A stretch of 64,000 bases of DNA from Bacteroidales bacterium (GTDB lineage: Bacteria; Bacteroidota; Bacteroidia; Bacteroidales; WCHB1-69), in NCBI GenBank assembly GCA_031272025.1, contig JAISUP010000008.1, positions 654 to 64,653 of the forward strand, given 5' to 3'. Each line of letters begins with the position of its first letter. The first letter of the stretch is position 1. This document shows, piece after piece, positions 1 to 12,742 of this stretch. Below the pieces are notes generated by a model. It did no database searches and was not told the DNA's origin. It saw nothing but the letters and a program-made list of their open reading frames with translations. A program made the translations under genes and the position numbers.

Positions 1-1
1 C

Positions 2-346
2 GACCAAATGACACAGGCGGCAAGATCGGGAAAGGTAAACATTGTCGAAGGGTCGGCGCGGGGTTCTACGTCAAAAGAAACGGAAATGAAACTGACAGAT
101 GTAGCGCGGGCAAGTTTGACAGAGTTGATGAGTGATTACGAAGATTGGCTGTTGAGAAATGATTTAGTTCCTTGGCACACGCAATCTGCCGAGGCGAAGG
201 AAGTGTTCGATGTTTGGCTCGATAAGCCCAATTACTCAACCGACTGGATTCACGATTCTTGCGTACATTTGCTGGCTCGAAAACTCACAAGCAAAACTCG
301 CCTGTCTGCCCGAATTGCGGTAAAACGATGGTTATCAGGAAAGTGA
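2..346 (+). CDS. four-helix-bundle protein (23S rRNA intervening-sequence protein family), C-terminal part; the 5-prime end lies outside the window
   Basis: The frame is open from the first base. QAARSGKVNIVEGSARGSTSKETEMKLTDVARASLTEL is the conserved helical core of this family. The last ~30 codons may be out-of-frame read-through (see 226-429). Confidence 0.6.
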   Translation, partial: DQMTQAARSGKVNIVEGSARGSTSKETEMKLTDVARASLTELMSDYEDWLLRNDLVPWHTQSAEAKEVFDVWLDKPNYSTDWIHDSCVHLLARKLTSKTRLSARIAVKRWLSGK

Positions 347-429
347 AATCGGGGAAAAACGAAGGAGCAGAATTTTGGGGCTGCACGGGGTATCCTGAAT
401 GTAAGGGAGTGGTGAATATTGAAAAATAG
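226..429 (+). pseudogene. orphan C4 zinc-ribbon reading frame (topoisomerase-type zinc finger) with no ATG, overlapping the previous CDS out of frame
   Basis: My own translation of the other frame gives ...THKQNSPVCPNCGKTMVIRKVKSGKNEGAEFWGCTGYPECKGVVNIEK*. It carries two Cys pairs (CPNC, CTGYPEC). The only candidate start is a TTG at 259. It is absent from the supplied ORF track. Confidence 0.45.
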
Positions 430-443
430 AAAATTGAAAGAAT

Positions 444-771
444 ATGAATAAACATCCACAAAAATAAAGACACAATACCCGAAATTCAAAAAACAGAAAA
501 CAACTTGCCAAGTACTGAATATTCAACGCTTTTGCGAGATATAATCGGCGATATAAAATCCACGCGGGTTGTTGTTGCGCGCAAAATTAACTCGGCGATG
601 ATGCAACTTTACCGGAATATTGGCAAACGACTGTCGATGGATGTGGCAGAAAAAGGTTACGGCAGCAGCGTGGTTAAATGGCTTTCGGCTGACTTGATAA
701 TTGATTCGGCTTTGGAATTTGGCTGGACACACGATATTTTGCTCCTTTTGGTTATGAATAATGCAGGCTAA
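444..771 (+). pseudogene. DUF1016/YhcG-family (PDDEXK nuclease) N-terminal remnant
   Basis: STLLRDIIGDIKSTRVVVARKINSAMMQLYRNIGKRLS..EKGYGSSVVKWLSADL resembles the N-terminal helical domain of YhcG-like proteins. The ATG at 444 (MNKHPQK*) is in a different frame. The ORF ends after 88 codons and no nuclease domain follows. Confidence 0.5.
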
Positions 772-880
772 ATCCAAATATACTCCCAATTTACAGTTTT
801 ATCATCGAATGAGGTAACGTATCCTATCAATGTTTTAAGAAAAAAAATAGAGACTCTCGTTTTTTTACAAGAAATTCACG

Positions 881-888
881 TATATTTG
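881..888 (+). promoter_or_regulatory. Bacteroidota -7 promoter box TAtaTTTG(CA)
   Basis: TATATTTGCA lies 30 nt upstream of the ATG at 919 and is preceded by an A/T-rich tract. Confidence 0.55.
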
Positions 889-918
889 CAGCCTGATTTT
901 TATAAAAATGCGAATATC

Positions 919-2610
919 ATGAAACAGTTGATTTTTTCGGGATTTCTTGTGGGTATGCTATGGTCAACCATGGCTCAAAATAAGGTAGAAATTCATGGGA
1001 GAGTAGCCAACAATAAAGAATTTACGCGGGTATCTTTGCTTAGTGTATATGATGACGAGCGCGACACGCTTGCCCGGGCAGAAATTAGTCCGGAGGGGCA
1101 TTTTCATTTACAAGCACCCGTTAAGCGAAGCGATCTCTATCGTCTCGCCTTTTCTCCAAGACAATATTTCGTTTGCGCGTTACACCCCGGAGACAAAATA
1201 AATGTGGAATTAGATGCCGAAAACCTGACCCGCATTGTTTCTACTTCAGGCTCATCTTCTTTTAACACGAGCAAAAAACTTGCCGATTTGTACTTGGAAA
1301 ACCAAAATCTGCTCAATAACGCGAATAACCGGTTACGCGATGACAAAACACAACAATATTGCAGTGCCCTTCTGCAAAAAATCAACGATGCACAACAAAC
1401 AAACAAAAAAATAGACGGGCATGTCTTGGCAATGATAGAGCAGACACAACAGTCTCGACAATGGGTAAACCGGTTCACCGCACGGGGAAAAGTATTGCCC
1501 GACAAAGGCGATTCCCTGCGTTTCATGCTCAACAACTCCTTTAAAGCCACGATAGACAACTATCGACCTTTCAAACTTTACATGCAAGAGGTGCGCGAAT
1601 CGCATGACCTCACGTCTGTTAATAGCCCAAATTTTGCAGATATAAACCCGAGAATAGAACGTTATCATTCCCTTGCCGACACGAGGCAGCAAAAGGCATA
1701 CGATGTTTTACAAAATTACTGCGAGACTTTATCTTCTATCGTGTCCCTGCGCGACAGTTTGACTTTTAACGGGAAAATGGATAACAAAACCACAAAAGAA
1801 AAATTGACCAAACAAATGCAGAATGCCGTACAACAATATGCAGAATCTGTGGAAAATATCAAAGAAGATTATATCAAACAAACGGACGAGGGCAACAAAT
1901 TGTCTGCCGGTATTGAAGCCGATTTAAAGAAAAATCTCACTACTATAGTGCAAACCTATCAACAAAATTTTAATCGAGAATCAGCACTCATCAACGATTC
2001 TATTAAAAATACACTACTTTCCAATAAAGACGACTTATCGGTACTCATGTTTATGGATTATTTTTCACAAGACAGTCATGCTGACTTGCAAAACACGTTG
2101 GTCAATGCTTTGCAGGCGAAATATCCTGACAATCGTATCGTGAAAGAGAAATACGAGCAATTACATACCGCCAAAATCGCATCGTCTTCTAAAAATACCC
2201 CTGCCCCCGAAATCGCGTTCAACAATCCTGAGGGTAAATTGCTCAAATTGTCAGATTTGCGGGGAAAATACGTGCTCGTGGATTTTTGGGCTTCGTGGTG
2301 TGGACCTTGCCGTAGAGAAAACCCGCACGTGGTCAATACTTATGCCAAATATCATGACAAAGGATTTGAAGTATTTAGCGTGTCGTTAGATACCGACAAG
2401 GCACGTTGGCAGCAAGCCATCGTTGCCGATAAATTGACATGGTCGTATCACGTGAGCGACCTCAAAGGCTGGAAATCCGATGCCGCCCGTCTTTATGGGG
2501 TAAATTCTATCCCCTGTACTTTTCTTATAGACAAAGAGGGAAATATCATAGCCAAAGGATTGCGCGGAGAAGAATTAACCCGTGCATTGCAATCTATCTT
2601 TGGGGAATAA
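919..2610 (+). CDS. TlpA/ResA-family thiol:disulfide oxidoreductase, exported, with a long Q/N/K-rich middle region
   Basis: Signal peptide MKQLIFSGFLVGMLWSTMAQ and a C-terminal thioredoxin fold with WASWCGPCRRENP. I chose the ATG at 919 over the TTG at 886 because it sits correctly after the promoter box and starts the signal peptide. Confidence 0.85.
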   Translation: MKQLIFSGFLVGMLWSTMAQNKVEIHGRVANNKEFTRVSLLSVYDDERDTLARAEISPEGHFHLQAPVKRSDLYRLAFSPRQYFVCALHPGDKINVELDAENLTRIVSTSGSSSFNTSKKLADLYLENQNLLNNANNRLRDDKTQQYCSALLQKINDAQQTNKKIDGHVLAMIEQTQQSRQWVNRFTARGKVLPDKGDSLRFMLNNSFKATIDNYRPFKLYMQEVRESHDLTSVNSPNFADINPRIERYHSLADTRQQKAYDVLQNYCETLSSIVSLRDSLTFNGKMDNKTTKEKLTKQMQNAVQQYAESVENIKEDYIKQTDEGNKLSAGIEADLKKNLTTIVQTYQQNFNRESALINDSIKNTLLSNKDDLSVLMFMDYFSQDSHADLQNTLVNALQAKYPDNRIVKEKYEQLHTAKIASSSKNTPAPEIAFNNPEGKLLKLSDLRGKYVLVDFWASWCGPCRRENPHVVNTYAKYHDKGFEVFSVSLDTDKARWQQAIVADKLTWSYHVSDLKGWKSDAARLYGVNSIPCTFLIDKEGNIIAKGLRGEELTRALQSIFGE

Positions 2611-2625
2611 AAAAAACGAAACGAT

Positions 2626-3309
2626 ATGAACACGCGTTTTTCGGATTGGGGTATTATAGATTACATGGAGGCATGGTGTCGACAAGAGAGCATTTTTAAA
2701 TCTCTTGTCGAAGCCAAACAAGGCAAAAAAGACACGAGTATATGGGAACAATTCGTGTTTTGCGAGCATCCTCATGTTTTTACTCTTGGCAAAAATGGAA
2801 ACACGAACAACATGTTAGTGAATAAAGACATGCTTGCCTCTTTGGGGGCATCCTTCTACAAAGTAAATCGCGGGGGCGACATCACTTATCACGGTCCGGG
2901 ACAAATCGTGGGCTATCCTTTACTTGACCTCGAAAATTATCATCTCTCACTCAAACAATATCTTTACTGCTTGGAAGAGACCATCATTAGAGTTCTCGCG
3001 CATTACGGGATTGCCGGAGAGCGATTGCCCGGTGCCACAGGGGTATGGCTCGATGCACACTCGTCAAAACCGCGGAAAATTTGCGCCATGGGTGTACGTG
3101 CCTCTCATTTTGTTACCATGCACGGGTTCGCTTTAAACGTTTGTACAGATTTAAAATACTTTAAACTCATCAACCCCTGCGGGTTCAAAGATAAAGACGT
3201 AACTTCTATTTTCCTCGAAATCAACACTGTTCCTGAAATGGAAGACATAAAAAATACCATTCAACAAGAGTGGACCCGAATGATGGAGACAAAAAACTTA
3301 TTTTTATAA
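2626..3309 (+). CDS. lipB: lipoyl(octanoyl) transferase
   Basis: RGGDITYHGPGQIVGYPLLDL and a KICAMGVR-type catalytic-lysine region. The length is typical for LipB. Confidence 0.9.
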   Translation: MNTRFSDWGIIDYMEAWCRQESIFKSLVEAKQGKKDTSIWEQFVFCEHPHVFTLGKNGNTNNMLVNKDMLASLGASFYKVNRGGDITYHGPGQIVGYPLLDLENYHLSLKQYLYCLEETIIRVLAHYGIAGERLPGATGVWLDAHSSKPRKICAMGVRASHFVTMHGFALNVCTDLKYFKLINPCGFKDKDVTSIFLEINTVPEMEDIKNTIQQEWTRMMETKNLFL

Positions 3310-3312
3310 TAA

Positions 3313-6450
<3,138 letters not shown>

Positions 6451-6497
6451 AAAGTTGAACACTTAACCTGTTTTTTATCATTCAAAATCATTCTATT

Positions 6498-7481
6498 ATG
6501 AAAAATAAAATTTTAGGTATAGGAAATGCCTTGGTTGATGTCATTATCCCCATTGATAACGAAAACTTTATAACTCAATTGGGCTTAAAAAAGGGGGGCA
6601 TGAAAATGATTGATCAGGAGACCAAAAGAAATATCCATACCATGCTAAAAGACTATGCAAAGACCATTGCTACCGGAGGTTCTACCGCCAATACCATACA
6701 CGGCATAGCCCGATTAGGTACGACTGCCGGATACATTGGCAAAATTTCTGATGATGAATTTGGGCATTTTTTTCGACAAGACATGCTCGACAGCCATATC
6801 ATTCCCCATCTTATCATCTCCAAAGATACCGACACGGGTATCGCGACTACGTTAATGACCCAAGAAGGGGAACGAACTTTTGCCACTTGTCTGGGAGCCG
6901 CCGCCACGATGCTACCCGCCGACATCATACCTTCTCTTTTCGATACGTATAGCCACGTGCACGTAGAAGGCTACTTAGTTTTTAATCATGACCTTATATT
7001 GCATGTATGCCAATTAGCCAAAACCCGCGGGCTAACCATCTCTATGGATATGGCAAGTTATAACGTGGTAGAAGCAAATCTTGATTTTATGCAATATCTG
7101 CTTAAAAACTACGTGGACATTATTTTTGCAAACGAAGAAGAGGCAAAGGCATTTACCGGCAAGGAAGAATATGAAGCCCTGTCGTTGCTGTCGAATGACT
7201 GTGCCACATCCATCGTGAAATTAGGGGCACGAGGATCTATCGTGAAACACGGGAACTCCATTACAGACATTCCCGCCGTGAGTGCCCATGCCATTGATAC
7301 CAACGGTGCCGGTGACATTTATGCCTCGGGATTCTTATTTGGCTTAATGAACAATATGCCTATCGACCGTTGTGGCTATATCGCCTCTCTTCTATCCGCT
7401 AAATTGGTAGAAACTACGGGCGCGAAACTATCTGAAAACCAATGGAAACAGGTATTAACTAAATTGTCAAATGAGCAATAA
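6498..7481 (+). CDS. PfkB-family carbohydrate/adenosine kinase
   Basis: N-terminal GNALVD, GGSTANT, and the C-terminal DTNGAGD anion-hole motif. Confidence 0.8.
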   Translation: MKNKILGIGNALVDVIIPIDNENFITQLGLKKGGMKMIDQETKRNIHTMLKDYAKTIATGGSTANTIHGIARLGTTAGYIGKISDDEFGHFFRQDMLDSHIIPHLIISKDTDTGIATTLMTQEGERTFATCLGAAATMLPADIIPSLFDTYSHVHVEGYLVFNHDLILHVCQLAKTRGLTISMDMASYNVVEANLDFMQYLLKNYVDIIFANEEEAKAFTGKEEYEALSLLSNDCATSIVKLGARGSIVKHGNSITDIPAVSAHAIDTNGAGDIYASGFLFGLMNNMPIDRCGYIASLLSAKLVETTGAKLSENQWKQVLTKLSNEQ

Positions 7482-7492
7482 TAATTAAAAAA

Positions 7493-8974
7493 ATGAAAAG
7501 ACAAATCTGGCTATGGCTAATAGGAATAATATGGTCGGGTTATCCCGTGTTTTCCCAAAATTCCACTCCCCAACTGGTGGGTTATTGGCATAATTGGAAC
7601 GATGATTCTGCCCCGATGCTACCTCTTAATCAAGTAGATGACGCTTACGACATCATTTGCGTAGCCTTTGCTACCCCTGCTAGTAACACTCATGCCCACA
7701 TGACTTTCGAGCCGGAGGGTATAACACCCGCTGTCTTTGCTGCTCAAATCAGTGCTTTGCAAAATCAGGGAAAAAAAGTACTGATAAGCATTGGCGGTGC
7801 CACGGGGCTCATCACGCTGGACGATGAAGCCGACAAACTATCCTTTATCAATTCTATGAATCTCATTTTGAGTGCCTATCCTTTTGACGGCATAGACATT
7901 GATATTGAACACGGTAACTGTATAACTATCGAGGGCGGCAATATCAAGAACCCGGCAGAAGGCGGTCAAACACGCTTTATTGCTGCCATAAAAACAATCA
8001 TGCAACAATATCGTACCCTATATCACAAAAAAATGATGCTCACGGCGGCACCGGAAACGGCATATTTGCAAGGGGGCATGTCTTCTTATGGCAGCATTTG
8101 GGGCGGCTACTTACCCTTGTTAGATGCTCTCCGAGACAGTATTGACTATATCTATCCTCAATTATATAATAGTGGCACGATGTACGGGTTAGATGGGAAC
8201 ATTTACGCACAAGGCACTGCCGACTTTATCGTGGCAGAAACGGAGGCTATTATACAAGGTTTTCAAACTCAGGGCGGTAATTTTGCGGGTTTTCCTGCCT
8301 CTAAAATTGCCGTGGGGTTGCCGGCATGTAACGCTGCCGCGGGGGGCGGTTATGCAGATACTTCGGTCGTTGCCGCCGCCATTAGATATTTGCTGGGGCA
8401 CGGACCCCAACCCGGCAATTATACGCTGCAATACACGGGAGGCTACCCGCACTTGGGAGGCATGATGACTTGGAGTGTCAATTGGGACGCGAAACCTACA
8501 TGCAACGGATCTTATAGTTATGCCCGAAACTATGAGCGTATCTTTTCGGATACCTTACCGGCGGGCGGCAAAAATGAAAATAACGATAGCCTCTCTCATG
8601 CCTGTGATACCGTGTATATTATGCAGTACGATACGATATACATACCCGTGTATGACACCGTATATATTCCTGTTTATGTATACGATACAGTTTATATAGA
8701 CACTTGCGACCGTAGCAACGTGCCCATGTTTGCCCCCGAAGACATTTTGCTGTACCCTAATCCCGCGAATAAATACTTAAATTTGAAATCGCGACAACCC
8801 CTGCAAGGAACGGTAGTCATACGCGACCTGTCGGGTAAAAGTCTGCAACATTACGCGTGGAATCGCCGTCAAGGACAAATCGACGTGAGCAATTTGCCCG
8901 AAGGGGTCTATCTTTTAATCATAGAGATAGAACACCACCCTGTATGGACACGTAAGTGGGTAAAAGTCAAATGA
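7493..8974 (+). CDS. GH18 chitinase-like hydrolase with a type-A T9SS C-terminal sorting domain
   Basis: Signal peptide and the GH18 catalytic motif FDGIDIDIEH. The C-terminal ~77 aa (8741-8971), LLYPNPANKYLNLKS...GVYLLIIE...KVK, is a Por secretion tail. A Cys-flanked YDT(V/I)YIP microrepeat linker separates the two domains. Confidence 0.8.
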   Translation: MKRQIWLWLIGIIWSGYPVFSQNSTPQLVGYWHNWNDDSAPMLPLNQVDDAYDIICVAFATPASNTHAHMTFEPEGITPAVFAAQISALQNQGKKVLISIGGATGLITLDDEADKLSFINSMNLILSAYPFDGIDIDIEHGNCITIEGGNIKNPAEGGQTRFIAAIKTIMQQYRTLYHKKMMLTAAPETAYLQGGMSSYGSIWGGYLPLLDALRDSIDYIYPQLYNSGTMYGLDGNIYAQGTADFIVAETEAIIQGFQTQGGNFAGFPASKIAVGLPACNAAAGGGYADTSVVAAAIRYLLGHGPQPGNYTLQYTGGYPHLGGMMTWSVNWDAKPTCNGSYSYARNYERIFSDTLPAGGKNENNDSLSHACDTVYIMQYDTIYIPVYDTVYIPVYVYDTVYIDTCDRSNVPMFAPEDILLYPNPANKYLNLKSRQPLQGTVVIRDLSGKSLQHYAWNRRQGQIDVSNLPEGVYLLIIEIEHHPVWTRKWVKVK

Positions 8975-10176
8975 AAAACTGGAAACGTACTTTTGCCGTC
9001 ATCTGGTCGGGCGAGTTCTTTTCCTCGCTTACAAGTTCTATCACGGGCTTTGCCATCATCTTCTGGATAAGTTTGGAAACACGGTCCCCGCAAGTGCTGG
9101 CACTCGTCTTCCTGACCACCTTTCTGCCGCAACTTATCTTTGGCTTGTTTACAGGCGTTTACGTCGACCGTTGGAATCGCAAATGGGTGATGATTGTCTC
9201 CGATTTATTTATGGGCACCTGCACGGCTGCGCTTTGCGTGTTGTTTTATTTCAATAAAGTTGAAATTTGGCATATTTACCTTTTATCATCTTTACGCTCG
9301 GCGGGTAATGCTTTTTATCAGCCAGCGATGAAGGCATCTGTGCCGCTACTCGCCCCCGAAGACCAACTGATGCGAGTATCGGGGGTCAGTCAGATTATTT
9401 ATTCCATCAGCAATATTGCCGGTCCGGCGATTGCCGCGTTTCTGATAACAGTGCTCCCAATGACTTTTATCTGCGCGAGCGAAGTGTTGGGTGCGGTTAT
9501 GGCTTCTGTCGCGCTACTTTTCGTGGTCATCCCGCGCCCAACAAAAACCAACAATACACGGACTGATTTTTTTAATGAACTAAAAATCGGGTTGCAGGCA
9601 ATTTTTCAGAAAAAAGGAATGAAATGGCTGTTTGTAAGCGATTTAGGTGCAATGTTTTTCATCTTGCCTATTGCTGCCCTTTTTCCCCTGATGACACTCG
9701 ATCATTTTGGAGGCAATACCTATCAAATGAGCATCGTGGAAATTATTTGGTCGGCAGGCATGTTGGCGGGCGGCGCGTTAGTTTCTACCAATCTGCTGAA
9801 AAAATACAACCGAGTGGGAATAATCGCGCTGATGTGCATTATTGATGGCATTGCTTTTTTGTGGTCAGGGTTATTGCCGACAGACGGCTACCTGTGGTTT
9901 GCCGTTTTTACAGCCGTGAGCGGTGTTGCAGCGGCGATATGGAATAGCGCGTTCACGGTCATTATGCAAACAAGCATTGACATAGAAAAACAGGGACGCG
10001 CTTTTTCTACTTACGATTCGCTTTCGCTGTTGCCCTCGATTCCCGGACTGCTCGCCACCGGATTTATTGCCGAAACCATCGGACTGACCAACTCCTTCGT
10101 TGCCGCGGGGGCAGGCATTTTGCTTATCGGGTTTGCCATCTTCTTTATCCCTTCGGTAATGGCGTTGGGAAAATAG
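8971..10176 (+). CDS. MFS transporter
   Basis: About 12 predicted hydrophobic helices and a GVYVDRWNRK loop 2-3 motif. The ATG at 8971 overlaps the upstream stop (ATGA), suggesting translational coupling to the GH18 gene. Confidence 0.8.
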   Translation: MKNWKRTFAVIWSGEFFSSLTSSITGFAIIFWISLETRSPQVLALVFLTTFLPQLIFGLFTGVYVDRWNRKWVMIVSDLFMGTCTAALCVLFYFNKVEIWHIYLLSSLRSAGNAFYQPAMKASVPLLAPEDQLMRVSGVSQIIYSISNIAGPAIAAFLITVLPMTFICASEVLGAVMASVALLFVVIPRPTKTNNTRTDFFNELKIGLQAIFQKKGMKWLFVSDLGAMFFILPIAALFPLMTLDHFGGNTYQMSIVEIIWSAGMLAGGALVSTNLLKKYNRVGIIALMCIIDGIAFLWSGLLPTDGYLWFAVFTAVSGVAAAIWNSAFTVIMQTSIDIEKQGRAFSTYDSLSLLPSIPGLLATGFIAETIGLTNSFVAAGAGILLIGFAIFFIPSVMALGK

Positions 10177-10216
10177 GCTATGTGATTTTTTGAATGTTTA
10201 TGTGAAAACTTTTATG

Positions 10217-10224
10217 TAAATTTG
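10217..10224 (+). promoter_or_regulatory. -7 promoter box TAaaTTTG(CA)
   Basis: TAAATTTGCAACG lies 73 nt upstream of the nagB ATG. Confidence 0.5.
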
Positions 10225-10297
10225 CAACGCGTTATGATGATCTTATATCAAAAAAATAATAAATATTGTATTTATCTGTAATACTGACAATTAAAAC

Positions 10298-12199
10298 ATG
10301 ATGGAAGCCATTATTGAAAAAATTCCTGTATCGGTGTATGGCAACGCGAACGAGGGTTCGGTCGTTGTGGCAAAAGAAATCGCTAACTTTATTCGCCGAC
10401 ACGATGCAGAAAATAAGAAAACCGTTTTAGGATTAGCCACAGGCTCATCTCCCATAAAAGTATATCAAGAGTTAGTAAGATTGCATAAAGAAGAAAACTT
10501 GTCTTTTAAAAATGTGATTACCTTTAACTTAGATGAATATTATCCCATGTCTCCGGAGCATCCTGAAAGTTATGTAAATTTCATGCACAAACATTTGTTC
10601 GACCATGTTGATATTCCTCGCGAGAATATTCATATTCCAAACGGGCAGGTAGAACGTGAACGAGCAGATTGTTATTGTTCTAATTACGAATACGCGATAG
10701 ACGAGGCAGGTGGTATTGATATTCAAATACTTGGAATTGGTCGGTCGGGACATATCGGGTTTAACGAACCGGGAAGTCCTATTTATTCTAAAACTCGGCT
10801 TACTCATTTAGACCGTATCACCCGCAAAGACGCTGCCGCATCTTTTGACGGGATAGAAAATGTTCCCCAACAAGCCATCACCATGGGAATTAGTACGATT
10901 ATGAAAGCCCGAAAAATATTCTTGCTGGCTTGGGGTGCTCATAAAGCGAGTATTATAAAGCAAGCCGTGGAAGGAGAAATACGCGACTATGTTCCGGCAA
11001 CTTTTTTGCAAGAACATAATAATGTAAATTTTATACTCGATACCGCTGCGGCACAACATCTTACCCGCGTTACTTTGCCATGGTTGTTTTCGGAATGCGA
11101 TTGGACAAACCTCCGTCTTGCACGTAAAGCCGTGATATGGTTAAGCCTAACATTAAACAAATCTATCCTGAAATTAACCAATAAAGACTATATTGATAAT
11201 CATTTGAGTAGCCTCTTGAACGTGTATAAAACTTCATACGAATTGAATATCAATATATTCAACGAATTACAGCACACTATCACGGGTTGGCCCGGGGGGA
11301 AGCCACTTGCCGATGATTCACAACGTCCTGAAAGGGCAAAACCTTTCCCTAAAAGAGTAGTCGTGTTTAGTCCTCACCCCGATGACGATGTCATTTCCAT
11401 GGGAGGCACTTTTGCCCGATTGGTTAAACACGGGCACGAAGTACATGTCGCCTATCAAACCAGCGGGCATCATGCCGTATTTGACGATGACCTTATCAAA
11501 TATCTCGAATTTATGGTTGATGTCAAAGATATCGTGGGGATCAACGCGCAAGTACTCCAAACCATGACGCGCCACGTGGATTGTTTCCGTGCAAAAAAAA
11601 CACCTGATACGCGAGTATTAGAACTATTCAAAACATACATTCGCAGAGGTGAAGCCAGAGCCTCTACCCGATATATCGGGGTACCTAACCAACGGGTTCA
11701 TTTTTTAGACATGCCCTTTTACGACAAACAGACCAAATTGAACAAAAGCAACAACGACCTGAGTAAAGAAGATATTCAATTGATTATAGACTTATTACAA
11801 GAAATTAAGCCTCATCAGATATACGCGGCGGGAGATTTCAACGATCCTCATGGTACCCACAAAATTTGCTTTCATGCTATTATAGAGGCATGCCTGCAAT
11901 TGAGGCACGAACCATGGATGAAAGATTGCTATATTTGGCTTTACCGCGGGGCATGGGACGAGTGGAAAATATACGAAGCCGACATGGCTGTACCCCTTAG
12001 CCCCGACGAAGTAAGTGTGAAACGTATGGCTATTTTTAAACATCAAACCCAAAAAGATAGCGTGGTATATCCCGGTACCGACAGCCGCGAATTTTGGCAA
12101 CGTGCCGAAGATAGAAATCATCATACCGCCGTCTTGTACGACACATTGGGTTTGGCAGATTATCAGGCTATTGAACTTTTTGTAAGGTATAGATTATAA
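10298..12199 (+). CDS. nagB: glucosamine-6-phosphate deaminase, long form, with a C-terminal LmbE/PIG-L-like deacetylase domain
   Basis: The N-terminal half has GLATGSSP, FNLDEY and GIGRSGHIGFNEPGS. The C-terminal half has VVVFSPHPDDDVISMGG, a PIG-L signature. Confidence 0.85.
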   Translation: MMEAIIEKIPVSVYGNANEGSVVVAKEIANFIRRHDAENKKTVLGLATGSSPIKVYQELVRLHKEENLSFKNVITFNLDEYYPMSPEHPESYVNFMHKHLFDHVDIPRENIHIPNGQVERERADCYCSNYEYAIDEAGGIDIQILGIGRSGHIGFNEPGSPIYSKTRLTHLDRITRKDAAASFDGIENVPQQAITMGISTIMKARKIFLLAWGAHKASIIKQAVEGEIRDYVPATFLQEHNNVNFILDTAAAQHLTRVTLPWLFSECDWTNLRLARKAVIWLSLTLNKSILKLTNKDYIDNHLSSLLNVYKTSYELNINIFNELQHTITGWPGGKPLADDSQRPERAKPFPKRVVVFSPHPDDDVISMGGTFARLVKHGHEVHVAYQTSGHHAVFDDDLIKYLEFMVDVKDIVGINAQVLQTMTRHVDCFRAKKTPDTRVLELFKTYIRRGEARASTRYIGVPNQRVHFLDMPFYDKQTKLNKSNNDLSKEDIQLIIDLLQEIKPHQIYAAGDFNDPHGTHKICFHAIIEACLQLRHEPWMKDCYIWLYRGAWDEWKIYEADMAVPLSPDEVSVKRMAIFKHQTQKDSVVYPGTDSREFWQRAEDRNHHTAVLYDTLGLADYQAIELFVRYRL

Positions 12200-12208
12200 C
12201 CAAAATTC

Positions 12209-12742
12209 ATGTATTCGTTTATTAAGAATTATTTTCTTCAACAATATATCAAAACCACTCAAAAACCACGGAAACGGGAGGTACATTCTCTTTTTACTGC
12301 TCACAGCATCGGGTATTTGTGGGTTGCCGACAGCAAATCGGCATGGGAACAAATGCTCAACATGCAAAACAAACTGACTGTTTCCCGTACCCGTCTGCAA
12401 GCCCTCGCTTATATCCCCGGGAAAATTATGCCCGAATATTTTCGCCCCCACCCGAACATTATCGTTTTTCAAGATAAAGACATCAATTTCTTCGGGAAAA
12501 TACGTTTGCCGGAGGTTAAGCATTTTATGGAAGAACCTTTTGACCTGCTTATTGATTTTTCTACAAGTTACCTACCCGCGTTCTACGGGGTAGCATCGCT
12601 TTCGTGTGCCCATTTCATTGCCGGAGGCGAAGATATGCATGCTTCTGCATACGATCTCTTGATGAAAAACGAGAAAAAAGTACCCGAAATATTATTTGAA
12701 CAAATAAAATTATACACCTCAAAACTGATAGGATCCGTATGA
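12209..12742 (+). CDS. conserved hypothetical protein, translationally coupled to dapA
   Basis: A 177-aa ORF with protein-like composition. It overlaps the dapA start by 4 nt (ATGA). I recognised no motif with confidence. Confidence 0.5.
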   Translation: MYSFIKNYFLQQYIKTTQKPRKREVHSLFTAHSIGYLWVADSKSAWEQMLNMQNKLTVSRTRLQALAYIPGKIMPEYFRPHPNIIVFQDKDINFFGKIRLPEVKHFMEEPFDLLIDFSTSYLPAFYGVASLSCAHFIAGGEDMHASAYDLLMKNEKKVPEILFEQIKLYTSKLIGSV

